From the NCBI RefSeq assembly GCF_004010195.1, contig NC_057713.1, positions 92,531,147 through 92,595,146 of the forward strand: a stretch of DNA of 64,000 bases. The letters are read 5' to 3'. Both the position numbers and the translations under genes were made by a program. Below the pieces are notes generated by a model. The model did not search any database and was not told the origin of the DNA. It saw only the letters and a program-made list of their open reading frames with translations. The DNA comes from Chiloscyllium plagiosum. Its lineage: Eukaryota. Each line of letters opens with the position of its first letter. Position 1 is the first letter of the stretch. Of this stretch, positions 1 through 12,124 are shown in pieces.

Positions 1-439
1 GGATCTTTCTTCCTTTTAGGAATGAACTGATCCTGCAACTTCTGCATTATACCCAGAAATATCTGCCATTGTTCCTCCACAGTCATCCCTTCTAAGGTAT
101 TGCACCATTGAACTTTGGCCAGCTCCTCCCTCATAGCTCCATAGTTCCCTTTACAATGTAATTAATGCTTGATGTTGTATGCACATGCTCAGCAGTGTAG
201 ATACTATACAATGAAATATCCATCTCATTTACATAAAGCCTACTTGTAACAAGTTAGTTATTTAAATCAAATTATGTGATAATCAACTTTTCAGAGAATT
301 ACATTGTACACAAGGGCTCATCTCACACATTAAATGGAAAATTTTAACTGTGGGACCTGTCAATCTTTAGTTCTGGGGGACATGAGCTCCAATTCCTGCA
401 GCTGTGGGTGGAAGCTTTGTATTACAGGGTGGAGAAAGC

Positions 440-660
440 TCCTATTTACATTTGAGATGAGGAGAATATTTTTCCACTCAGAGGGTGATTTCTCTTCCCC
501 CCCGAGAGCAATGGAGGCTGGGTCATTGAATGTATTCAAGTCTCAGTTAGATTCTTGATTGCAGAGAGCATCAGGGGTTTTCAGGGATAGCCTCGAGAAA
601 GGATTGCAAGCCATAATTCAGAGAATGTGGAAGAAATACTCTTGCTGCTTCTAATGCAGA
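440..660 (+). mobile_element. Degenerate CR1-clade LINE 3' end
   Basis: gagatgaggagaatatttttccactcagagggtga...gaggctgggtcattgaatgtattcaagtctcagttagat is typical of the CR1 ORF2 end/3'UTR. Confidence 0.6.
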
Positions 661-929
661 GTGCTCCCTTTCCTCAGCCTGGCTGAATTTGCCAGGCATG
701 TTACCCAACAATTAAACTCACAAAAGCAGGTTCAACATGAGGCTTTCAGCTTCATTAACATCCTTCAAATGCCACCCTGCATCTTTGGAATGGATCAACT
801 GTCAGCCACCACCCTGCCTGAGTTAAAGTCAACTGCAGAGACTTGGAAGCAAATTGAAAAAAAACCATTTGGTTTGTTTCATAAATCATGTGGATTATAT
901 GCGGCTTATTATAGGCTACTGCCACAATG

Positions 930-1292
930 ACGGAATAGACCAGGGACAGAATGGATCCAGAGAATGGTATGCAGGCCAGCAAAGAAAATTCCAGAATGTG
1001 TTTAAGACCAAAGGGCATACGTTTAAGGTGAGGAGTAAGTGGTTTAGAGGAGGTCTGAGAAAGGAAATTCAGCCAGATCGGTAGAAATATGAAATGTGCT
1101 GCCTGAAAGAGGGCTGGAGTCAGGTACTCTCATAATATTTAAGAAGCATCTGGATGAGCACTTAAAAGGCCATTGCACAGTAGGCTATGGACCAAGTGCA
1201 GGTAAATCGTATAGTTTGGTGCTTCTTAGTCGGCATAGATATGGTGGGCCAAAGGGTTTGTTTATATGTATGAGTCCATGACTATGACTCTA
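930..1292 (+). mobile_element. CR1/HER1-type LINE 3' end
   Basis: KTKGHTFKVRSKWFRGGLRK and LPE..LESGTLIIFKKHLDEHL motifs, gggccaaaggg 3'UTR, catgactatgact tail. Confidence 0.75.
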
Positions 1293-2349
1293 CAATTAAC
1301 ACTTCTCCCCCTGCCAAAAGAAAAACCCTGCCCATTGTTGGATGAGTCAGGCAAAGGCTGGATTCCTCCCAAACTGAGTGTGGAAAATATGGAAAGAGAA
1401 CTTTCTGGAGGTTTCTCTCTGAATTTCCACATTTCATCCTATGACATAAAGCAGAGTGAAAGATAAAGAGTGAGGTGTCATAAGGCATAATTATAAACTT
1501 TCAAAAGAAACAGCAAGAGATTTGTGTGAACAATACATTTCAAGGAAGTTCAAAATGAGGCCCCATGTGGAGTGGTTGAAGTTGTGATGAAGGTTTGTGA
1601 AATATATATTTTTTTGGAAACTTAGGTTCTAAAGAGGATAGAACCATTTATAGCTTTAGATTTGATTTGTATGTCTGTATTGTGCATAAAAAAGGGAAGG
1701 ACAGAGTCTAGTTTCATTACTGATAGCTAGGATTGGTGTGGAGTTGTCTGGAGGGTCATTTACATGTAATTTGAATAAAACTTTTAAAACCCTTGAGGGG
1801 AATATTTCAGTGCATTAGAAATAAGGGCAGAAAAGACAAAATGATTGGGCTGATGCTTATGAGCAAGTTGTTCAATGAAACAGGGAGACAGAAAAGAAAC
1901 AAGTTTGCTTAGAAAGGCGCTGTGCAGTTTTCTTTCAGAGAGGAGCAGGTCATTCAGAGCACAAATAAGTTTAATGGTCTCCAAAAAGCAAACTTCACAG
2001 AATTTAAGGGGGTTCTGTGAACCTTTAAAATGAGAATGTGGATGTATGAGCATAAAACAGTCAAATTGCTGTGAAGTTTATTACAAAGATTTTAATTTCA
2101 AAATGGCTTTGTCTGTTGCTAAGATTTTTGTGAGATCGAGGATGGGATAGTAGATTAGTTTAAATCTTTGTCTAAGGCAAAACTGAGAGTTAGCAGGCAA
2201 ATTGAGGTAGAAATTAAAGCAGAATATAATAAGGATGACATGATTGCAATGACTAGCCAGCACTTGAAATCAACATTATAGAATCTTAGAATCCCTACAG
2301 TGTGGAAGCAGGCCAATCAGCCCATCGAGCTCACACTGAAAGGAGGGAA

Positions 2350-3835
2350 AGCTGAAATTAATGTGACACTGCTAGGTTTAGGAGAGATTCATTTAGAAAT
2401 TTTAAAAGAACCTGAATTATAAGAAATGGACAGAGAATGTGGAATGAGGACAGAGAAGAATGAAAAATGAAAAAAGGGAAAGAATGAAAAGGAAAGAGCA
2501 ATGCAATTGGAGGACAGAGAAAGGAAAAGAGAACTGGAAATAAAAAATCTTGAATTAGAAAGTGAGGAGGAATTAAAAGGAAGAGTAATGGAATTAAAAG
2601 ACTAGAACACCAAAAGAATAGGGAATCAGACATGAGATGGTTAAAGAAAAGCTAAAGAAAGAAAGAAAGAAGAATATAGCAGCGCAGAGGATGATTTTGA
2701 TTCCAATTAGGGTTTTGATTTAACTAGAAATCTTGCCGAGGTTTGCAGAGGTTATCTCATTTGAAAAGGTAACTGTGGTGTTGAAATGGCCAAAAGATGC
2801 TTGGACCTAATGTTATAGAGTATCCTGATAGGTCTATGAATGTGTACACCAGTCTGTCAGAAGAACAGGCTGCAGACTATTTGGCGATTAAAATGGCAAT
2901 ATTCTATAGTTATTAACATGTCCCTAAAACTTATCAAAAAAATTTAGCATGTTATAAAGAAACTTAATAAAGAAATACTGTGGGATCAATTGTTTCAATC
3001 ACTGAAGTTAGTGAATATTTTAAAAAGGTAACATAATCCTTAACTTTGGGATTTGGAAGAATCCCAAAATAGTATTCCATTAACCACTAAGACTAATTTA
3101 GATGAGCATCGAGTAACAAAGGTCCAGGAAGTAGCAGGTCTGGTGGATATGTATGATATCTCACATAGTCACACATGTAGAAATGGTCTTATTGGGCTGA
3201 AGTTTACCAGAGATCAGCTAAGTTTCAATTTTAGTGAATTTCATCGAGGATTTCTCTCCGTGATTTCTCATGCCATTTTCCTAAAACTCACCTCATTACT
3301 TATGCACTGAGGCCCAATGGCTGGACTCACCAGTTTATTCACTCTTACTTTCGTGTTGGGAATTAGCAGAATCTAGTTTGCACCCAAATGCTGAAAAAAT
3401 GAGAAACTGCATATCAATGAGGTGAAAATAAGTCCAGCACCACCCACCTAGCAAAACTCCTTGCTCTCTGTTTAACACTTAGTTGAAAAATGGAGAGAAA
3501 TCCTCGATGAAATTCACTAAAATTGAAACTTAGCTGATCTCTGGTAAACTTCAGCCCAAGAAAATTCTTCCTCAAGTATAACCAGCCACCAAAGGTTATA
3601 AATATTTTAATTCAAAGACACAGGTTCTTATTCTTCTAATCAAAGTCATAAACTGATAAAGATATTGAGAAACACTGGAGTCAGTTGTTGATGGTGGCTG
3701 AGGATACAATTTAATTGGAGGTATATACAGAGGTTATAAACCAGTTCCATTATACAGAGCTGGATTAAAGAGCAACTTAGTAAGTGAAGATGTTGTGCTT
3801 GGAGGAATGGAAATAAATCCCGACATAAGAGGGGG
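2350..3835 (+). pseudogene. Degenerate Gypsy/Ty3 LTR retrotransposon gag (SCAN-like, Gmr1-type) plus protease remnant, interrupted by a MITE
   Basis: Purine-rich coiled-coil coding stretch 2350-2690. Broken frames SFEKVTVVLKWPKDAWT*, YTSLSEEQAADYLAIKMAI, LEESQNSIPLTTKTNLDEHRVTKVQEVAGLVDMY and ILRNTGVS (RDTG-like protease motif, about 3662-3685). Many stops and frameshifts. Confidence 0.7.
3192..3559. mobile_element. MITE / non-autonomous DNA transposon with perfect 68-bp terminal inverted repeats
   Basis: 3192-3259 is the exact reverse complement of 3492-3559 (ttgggctgaagtttaccagagatcagc...). GGGC...GCCC termini, non-coding interior. Confidence 0.85.
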
Positions 3836-4389
3836 ACCTTCGTTCAAAGGTACTATATGCCTGAGCAAAGAGTCAGGCATCAGGCAGTGGCTGGCCTGCT
3901 GTCTGCGCTACACCCCTCCCCACAGTCATCTTGCAAATGTGTTCATCCTCCATTGTAATATCCAGGTCTTTTTATCTTTCTGTATTTTTAACTTGTGAAC
4001 TGAAATGGGAAACTAACTGTTTTAAAAACCAAGAATTGTTAAGGGATGGCTACACTTTTTGAATGCAAGTACCTGACAGTCATGGTTGGTACTCTTTATA
4101 CAGCTGCTGGTTCAAGCTGTAGATGATTTGCAGGCGAGCTGGAGTCAACAGCTGTGTACAGATGGAGATTCAGCCAGCCACAAGTAGCTCCCTGGTCTGT
4201 GGGCCAGTGACCAGCATTCTGATTGACTCTCAAGTAACTGAACAGCTTGGGGCTGTGAGCAAGATATGGAGAAGCCATGAGATCTTTGCAAGCTCAGGAG
4301 CTGGCTCTGTTCTCGAAGGTAAAAAAGCACTTCAAGCCTGAAGAAAACCAGCTTATTTTTCTTTAAGAAGTTGCTGTAGATCTTGTTCA

Positions 4390-4492
4390 ATCAACCTGTT
4401 CAGCGATGTTATTCCACACATCTGGAACAGGTGGGACCTGAACTCAGGCCTCCTAGTTCAGAGGCAGGGCCACTACCAGTATGCCACAAGAT
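4390..4492 (-). mobile_element. Short tRNA-derived SINE (family also at about 12043, 22715, 22845, 53010, 60225)
   Basis: Minus strand cttgtggcatactggtagtgg...gagttcaggtccc with A-box/B-box-like motifs followed by ctgaacaggttga; recurs several times in the window. Confidence 0.6.
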
Positions 4493-4621
4493 CTCTTGTT
4501 CCACTTTCTGTAAGCTGTAACTTTTACAGAATAAGTCAGAGATCTTTATAAATGACAAAAATCACGCCATGCCTCTGGCAAACAAGTGAAGGAAGATCAA
4601 GAAGCAGTGTTCTGAGCAGTA

Positions 4622-5115
4622 TAAGACTCTTACCAATTTTTATAGATGCACCATAGAAAGCATCCTATCTAGATGTCGTGGTAATGCAACTACTGTGCCC
4701 AAAACCGCAAGAACCAACTAAGAGTTGTGAACAGAGCCACTCCAACACACAAACCACCCTTCTATCCATTGACTCCATCTATACTTCCTGCAGCCTCAGG
4801 AAAGCAACCAACATAATCAAAGACTCCTCCCACCCGGTTATACTTTCAGCCATCCTCTTCCATTGGATAAAAGGTATAAAAGTTTGAATACATGTACAAA
4901 CAGATTCAAGAACAGGTTCTCTCCCGCTGTTATCAGACTCCATTAACATTAACAAATGTTAATGTTGATCTCTCTCTGCATCTTCTATGCGGCTGTAATA
5001 CTGTATTCTGCACCCTGTTCTGTTACCTTGTATGGTCCGATCTGACTGTAGAGCTCACAAAATAACAATTTCCACCATACCTCAGTACATATGACAACAA
5101 AAATCAAATCAAATC
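4622..5115 (+). mobile_element. Rex1/Babar-like LINE 3' end
   Basis: LTNFYRCTIESIL and SCSLRKATNIIKDSSHP motifs, RFKNRFSPAVIRL end of ORF, (aaatc)n tail at about 5101-5115. Confidence 0.7.
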
Positions 5116-7987
5116 ATCTCAGCAAACCCTGTGAACAGGGACCACTGAACTACCTGCCAAGTCTTTCCCTTCCCCTGTACTCATGGTTTTTCCATGTCTG
5201 CATCTGTCGCTATGTTTGTGTACAGAATTTTCTTAAATGGGGTAAGAGTTTTAACCAGAGTTACATGCCATCCATTCAAACTTATTAATCTCTATCTGTA
5301 TAGTGCCTATTTATTTATAAATGAGTACATATTCTTGTTAAGTACAGAGACCTGCCCCATGCTTTCTGTCAACCATGTTCTTTAAAGACAGGTACCTGGG
5401 GGATTTCTGTCTAATTTTAAAACACTTAACCTCTGTGATGACTCTGGGAATGGAGGAGCTTGATTTTCAATGCACTACCCCTGCGAGGCATAACACCTCC
5501 AATCATGACTTCTGGCCAGAGTCTCGCCATGATCCCAGGTCTTTAGTAGGTGTATTTCCTTCAGCAGCTATTGCCTCCCTGGTGATGCTGGAGAGCAACA
5601 CAGCTGCCAGTTTCTGATATGTCAGCAGTTCTTAGTGGGTGCAATTTTAAGCAGCCTGCACATAAACATTTATGCTCACATTCTTCAATTATTTCCAGAC
5701 CTGTTTTTTTTTTCAAAAACAAGTGGACTGTCAGCCAAGATGCAGTGTAACTTTTGCAGGTGATGGGGAGACACTGATTCCTCTCACTCTGTCTCAGAGT
5801 AGTGTCCACCACATAACTTTCTCTATTCAGTGTTTGCAGTAGTGGATGCCAAGAGGAAATAGCTTCTTTCTAATGGAAGTTTGGCAAATATTGAGTCTTT
5901 GCACACAAGATAAGCCTTTCAAGTAGTTTTACATCCAAAAAGCCATTAAAAGTTTTTATTCTCCCCAGAAGTACACAGTTGTATTTTAACCTTTATTTTA
6001 ATGTCAACAGGGTGTAAAGAATCAGTTCTGGAATCAGGGTAATATCTTGTTCACTGCTGACTTGCAGGAGCCACTGTGAAAAATAGCGTTTTCAAAGGCT
6101 GCCCAAGGGATTTAAACTGCAAAAATCAGGGATGCATGCCAAAAGCAGCAAACAGCATGGCTTTCCCCATCCTGCTTGGCTGGTTACTGTTCATTACTGA
6201 CATCCGTCGCCATAGATCACATTTCACCACTGTAACAAATTTCATATGGAGTCTGATTAAAAGTCAGAAGCACCATAGAAATATAGTCAACTCACCCGGC
6301 AAGACTTTTTGCAAACATCAAATTAAGGATGAGAGAACAGTTGTCCATTTCCATAGCGTCGTGCATGACCACAAAGTGCTTCACCACTATAGGAATCACA
6401 TTTTAAAATGTAGTCACTGCCACAATGCAGGAGAGCAGGGCAGCCAATTTGCCCACAGCAAATATCCCATGATAGAATGAGACTTATGACCAGCTATAAC
6501 TATTACTGTGATATTGGTAGATGAATGAGCATTTCATGCTACACACACTTCTTAAACATTAAGGTTGTAAAGTAGTAAGTAATCACCACTTAGTAATCAG
6601 GCCGATCATCCCTTTCAAAAGAAGGATTCCTCAGAATGTGAATGAGAAAGATTGTGCTTCCTCTCTGCAGGTACTTCTGAACAGTTCTACACAAAGTAAA
6701 TATATCTAAATTTTGCTTCATGAATGTCATTTACTGAAAAAGGTCAGGGGAAACTCTCACTGCAGGACTCTAGTGGACCATTTATTCAAAGTAGGTAGAG
6801 ACGTCAATCATAAATCAGCAACTTTTTTTTATCATGCTTCAATATAAATTCTCTCTATTTTCCTTTTATCTGGCCAGTGATCTACTCCTAAAATTTTAAC
6901 AAAATATGACTTTCGATAACATATATTTTCTGCCCCTAAGAATGGAAGTCTCTGTTGCATTTGGGGTGTATTCACACTCCTTTAAGTAGCAAAGACTTCT
7001 CTTTGACTCTTCTGCACACGTGTCAGCTGTATAGTTGCCTTAATTGAAGTTGGGAATCACTCAGAGCCAAGTACTACTTCAGGATTTATAAAACGTGGTA
7101 TCAAATGACAGCAAGCATATCTCTGTGGTAAGTAAATTGGTCGCACACACTTCTATCTAAGACAGCCAGACAGCAGTCTGCTGACTAGTGCAACCAAATT
7201 TTTCTTTTTTTTTCCTCTGGCACTAGTGGCTTAGGCATTTCTAGATTTTTCTTTTGAGCTTGCTGCAAACGTTCATTGTTTTCCGGAACCTACTTCCTGC
7301 CATATCTAAAATAACACCAGCTGCAGTGACTTGATAGAAAGGAATCCCATGGTAAATACACAGAGAGATGGGTGGGAAAATGCTACATTTTGGGGAACTG
7401 ATAGCATTCTATCGAATCAACTTTTTGAAAAAGATAACTTCCACTCAAATCAGTGTGACGCACAATGAAAGAAAACACAAAATTGTAGTATCACAGATAT
7501 TAATCCCAAATCATATCCACTAATCTGGCATTTCATATGTAATGGAGAGGTTAAGCAAAAAAGTTAACTTTTTTGTCTGGATTTTTCTATGCTGAGTGAT
7601 AATAACACTACTAGGGATGGTCTCCATCAAATTTGAATTAAATCTGAAAAGGTTAAATTGCCATTTCCTCCCAGCTCATAACAAGGTAAAAAAAAAAACT
7701 GGCTCAACTTCAGCTTTCCATTTCATCATCTTGAGAGAGGAGGGAAGAAAAGAACTTGTGTGTGAGTGAAGGTTTTGAAGCTTCAGTTTGGCTCAGTTCA
7801 CTGAACCACTGAAGTTTGGATAAATGTACGGCTGAAAGGTACTTTACCTGACTCCTTGCAACATTTAAAGCTCCAACATGAAATTTCCTTTCATTAATCA
7901 TGATGGAATGGAGAGAAAGAAGATGGAATTCCAATCTTCATATCCCTTTACTGTAGGCGTTGTTTGGGTAGGCTTATACCTAAGCAT

Positions 7988-8209
7988 GGAAATGTGTTGC
8001 TGGAAAAGCGCAGCAGGTCAGGCAGCATCCAGGGAACAGGAGAATCGACGTTTCGGGCATAAGCCCTTCTTCAGGAATGAAGAAGGGCTTATGCCCGAAA
8101 CGTCGATTCTCCTGTTCCCTGGATGCTGCCTGACCTGCTGCGCTTTTCCAGCAACACATTTCCAGCTCTGATCTCCAGCATCTGCAGACCTCACTTTCTC
8201 CTCAAAGAT
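7988..8209. mobile_element. Fold-back Penelope-like element fragment (inverted pLTR arms plus 3' tail) with hammerhead motif
   Basis: Arms 7988-8073 and 8078-8163 are reverse complements around a 4-nt loop. Unpaired tail 8164-8209. 14-bp direct repeat ttatacctaagcat at 7974-7987 and 8210-8223. Related to the pLTR next to the Penelope RT at 36.3-38 kb. Confidence 0.85.
8042..8078 (-). ncRNA. Minimal type I hammerhead ribozyme motif (Penelope-type)
   Basis: Minus-strand RNA: auuc CUGAAGA a GGGC uuau GCCC GAAA CGUC gauuc. Core intact, helix II present, palindromic ACGU helix III, predicted cleavage after GUC. Helix I is weak. Confidence 0.7.
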
Positions 8210-8239
8210 TTATACCTAAGCATCCAGAGTTAATTAAAA

Positions 8240-9420
8240 AATTTATTGAACCAAAGAGGTTACAGTACAGAAGGGGGCATTGGGCCCATTGAATCTGTGT
8301 CAGCTGACTACAAGTATAATCCAGTTAGACCCACTTCTTTGGCTTTTACCTGTGGCAACATAATTTTTTTTCTCTTTTGAATTCCTTTTTAAAAGGCCTG
8401 ACTGAATCTTTCTCTAATACACCATTAGGTAGTGCATTCCAGAATACAACCACTTGATGCACTGAAAAAAAAAGTCTTTGGGATCACTAATTTTCTTGCC
8501 AATCAGCATAAGTCTGTGACTTCTGGTTCTCAACTCTTTGCAAAGGGGACAGTTATTTCTTTGCTGCTCAGTCTAGGCCCATGATTGAAGAAAGACTTGC
8601 ATTCATATTACACTTTTCATAACCACTGGATGTCTCAAAGTGTTTTACAGCCAATTAAATACTTTTGAAGTGTTGCATGATAGAAAATGCAGCCGTCAGT
8701 TTGCAGCCAGTAAGCTCATACTAACAGCAACATGTTGACAATCTTTTTGTGATTAAGGATTAAATATTGATTAGGACATTGGAGTTAAATGCCCTGATTC
8801 TTCTTCAAAATAGTGCCATAGGATATTTTATGTTGACCTGAGAGGCTAGATGGGTACTCAGTTTAACAGCTCAGGTGAGAGATGACACCTCAGATACTGC
8901 AATACTCCTTCTGCACTGAGCTGCAGAACCATCATGATTTTTGTGCTCAAGGCCTGCAATGAGACTTAAACTCACAACGCTCTGACTCAGGCGAAACATC
9001 TATTTACTTAGTCGTGGCAAACACCAATTTTGATGAGTTGAACATACTATCAAATCTCCTTTCAATTTCTTTGTTCAAACAAGCCTCAAATCCTCCTACC
9101 TACCTGCAATAAGTAAGTCCCTCATCTTGAATCATTCTCGTCAATCTTTTGTGCACCCTCTCCAAAGTCTTTACATCCTTTCTAAATTATGGTGCCCATA
9201 ATTGAACACCATACTCCAGTTGTGGCTCGGCCAATGTTTTATAAGGGATCATTTTGAGTTACTTGGTATCATACACTATACCTCTATTCAGGATGCTGTC
9301 TGCTTGCTTTTTTAACTTATCCTTTACCTGCCCTGCCAGGTTCAATGATTTGTGCTTACATATCTCTTTGGACTTTCTGTTCCATCAGCCTCTATGGAAT
9401 TGTAATCTTTATTTTATATT
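8240..9420 (-). mobile_element. Degenerate CR1 LINE 3' region, split by a Deu-domain SINE
   Basis: CR1 3'UTR (gggcattgggcccattgaatctgtg) and RT C-terminal motifs (tgcaccctctccaaag, aattgaacaccatactccagttgtgg) continue on both sides of 8588-9013. Confidence 0.65.
8588..9013 (-). mobile_element. Deu-domain SINE (SacSINE1/AmnSINE-related)
   Basis: 3' end aaagacttgcattcatattacacttttcat, Deu-like core (ttcttcaaaatagtgccataggatattttatgttgacctgagagg), tRNA-like head near 8960-9010. Confidence 0.7.
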
Positions 9421-9584
9421 TTAGTTTACATTTCCCTCTTTGCTTTGCAGATTGAATTTTTCATCTTTAAAACTGGTTCTTTTCATTTCAATAATTAAAT
9501 GGCCCTATTTCTAAAAAAGTAAGCAATACTAGGTGCAAATTTAGAACCTATCCTCATTAGCTATCCTGCTTTTTGAGAATAATA

Positions 9585-11190
9585 CCATAAGACATAGGAG
9601 TAGAAATGGACCATTAGAATCAGAGGTCTGCAGCACACATAAAGGCCCTTTGGTGCATCAAGTCTGCACCAGTCAAAAACAACCTAACTATTCTAATCCC
9701 ATTTTCCAGTACGTGGCCTTTTCTTTGTGTGCCTTGGCATTGCAAGTACACACCTAAATATTTCTTAAATGTTATGAGGGTTTCTGAGACTGCCATCCTT
9801 ACAGCCAGTGAAATTAATTTCCATCGTCCTCTGGGTGAAAAAAGTTTCTTCGCATTCTCTCTAAATCTCCTGTCTCTTATATTAGGAATAGTTAGAAATA
9901 TTAGAAATCTATGTACCCATTTATTGATCCCTCCATCAAGGGGAGATGTTATTTCCTACCTACCAAATCTTTGCTTCTTATAATTTTATCCACCAATCAA
10001 TGGCATCAAAGAACAAAGAACAAAGAAAATTTACAGCCCAGGAACAGGCCCTTCGGCCTTCCAAGCCTGAGCCAATCCAAATCCACTGTCTAAACCTATC
10101 ATCCAATTCCTAAGGATCTGTATCCCCCTGCTCCCCACCTACTCATGCATCTGTCCAGACGCACCTTAAATGAATCTACCATGTCTGCCTCTACTACCTC
10201 TGCTGGCAACACATTTCAGGCACCTACCACCCTCTGTGTAAAGTATTTGCCGCGTACATCCCCTTTAAACTTTTCACCTCTCACCTTGAAAAACCCTGAT
10301 ATGATTCATCAATTCTACTTTCAAGCCTTATCTTCATAACCCTTGATCCCCTCACTGATTAAAAATCTGTCTATCTCAACCTTAAATACACTTAACTAAC
10401 CAACCTCAACAATCCTCTGCAGCAAATAATTCCACAGATTCACTAATCTCTGAAAAAAGAAATGTCTCATTTCAGTCTTAAGTATGTGATCCCTAACTCT
10501 GAGATTTTGGCCCCTGGTCATAGATTTCTCCTGTCAAGACCTGAAGAATTTTTATGTTTCAATTTGGTCACCTCTCATTTTTCTAAAATCCAATGAATAC
10601 AAGCCCAACCTAATCGACCTCTCCTCATAAGAAAATCCTTCCATACTCAGAACAAATCTAGTGAGCCTTCTCTCGACTGCCTCCAATGTCAATATATCTT
10701 TCCTTAGATAAGGGGACCAAAACTGTTCATAGTATTCCAGCTGTGGTCTGATAAGTCTCTTGTATAGCTTTAGGAAGTCTTCCCCATTGCTATATTCCAT
10801 TTCTGTTGAAATGAAGACCAATAGTCCTTTTGCCATCCCTACTACCTGCTGAATTTGTATGTTAGCCATTTTGTGATTCACGCGTGAGAATCCCAAATCT
10901 CTCAGTGTATTGGATTTCTACAATCCTTTTCCATTTAAACAATATTCAGCTTTTATACTTCTCCTGCCAAAGTGCATAACCCCACATTTTCCCCAGTCTA
11001 TATTCCATCTGCCAAATTTCTCCCAGTCACTCAACCTGTCTATAGCCCCCTATAAACTCTGTGTCTCCTCACTATTTACTTCCCACCTACATCTGTGTCA
11101 TCCACAAATTTAACAATAGTATGTTCACTTCTGTCACCATTGTAAATAATTGTGATCTCAGCATTGAACCCTGTGGCACTCCACTCAGTC
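9585..11190 (-). mobile_element. Nested CR1 LINEs: an RT-bearing copy (9585-9615 plus about 10290-11190) containing two further CR1 3' ends (about 9620-9990 and 10008-10290)
   Basis: ORF 10552-10896 LYKRLIRPQLEYYEQFWSPYLRKDILTLEAVERRLTR; GVPQGS and KFVDDT RT motifs near 11085-11190; separate tails (cataagacatagga, aaagaacaaagaacaaagaa). Confidence 0.8.
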
Positions 11191-11394
11191 GCAAGATTCT
11201 GCCATGGGTCTTAATGTTATTGACAAGAATGATTCTTGACTTGTAGAGCTTTGGACACATGATGGAGGTGTCCAATAAGGAAGTAGGATCTGCAGTGCAG
11301 GACGTGTTTGCATTTCTTTCCCATTCTGACTCATCATTAAGACATCTGTACACAAAGCATATGATAGCTTAATAGGCAAGTCACTATTTTGATT

Positions 11395-11660
11395 GACTAA
11401 TAGCAAATCCCTCCCAATCTTTAATGCCAGTCTCTGGTATTCTGGCCAAAATGTATCCCTCATTCAACATGATTTAAAAAACAAACAGATTATCTGGTCA
11501 TTATTACATTTCAGTTTTTGGGAGCTTGCTATGTGCAAATTGGTTATGAAGTTTCCTAAAATATAATGGTGACAACACTTCACAAGTACTTCTTTAGCTG
11601 TAAGGCACTTCAAGATATCCAGTAATCCTAAACGGCACCACATAAATGCAAATCTTACTT
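11395..11660 (+). mobile_element. Deu-domain SINE 3' half
   Basis: cagattatctggtcattattacatt...gggagcttgctatgtgcaaattgg...cataaatgcaaatct matches other copies in the window. Confidence 0.6.
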
Positions 11661-12124
11661 GCTTTCTCCACACATCTTAATGGCCCATTCTGTTGCATTT
11701 TTTTTGAAGTATCATGCCATGTATTTTATTTTTATTCATATGACATGGGTGGTCTAAATGTTGTGCTGAAACATCCTGAGGAACTCAGCACATGTTGCTT
11801 GCAGCTGTTTATACCAAACAAAGCTTCATATCAATAATATGAAGTATCAGATCTTACAATTAAACAAGTATCATAATTGTTAATTTGAAATCAGATTCTA
11901 GTTTAAAGAGTTCAAAGGTAAGTATTTTTGAATTTTTTTCTAGCTAATTTAGAGATGGCATGAAATTATTTTTATATTTTATGCTAGTAGTTGTTCTGTT
12001 GGTGGTATCTTGATATAAATATTTAAGAGGATACAGGACAATTAGTCTTGTGGTGGAGTGGGTGAGCTCCCCACCTCTAAGCCAGAAGCTTCAGATTCGA
12101 GTCAAACCCAATGTTTCCATCCTA

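Noticed and set aside
7988-8209. Palindromes interpreted as pre-miRNAs, CRISPR-like repeats or classical MITEs
   Set aside because: Eukaryotic context, no spacer array, one-sided tails, variable long TSDs and homology to the pLTR beside Penelope RT
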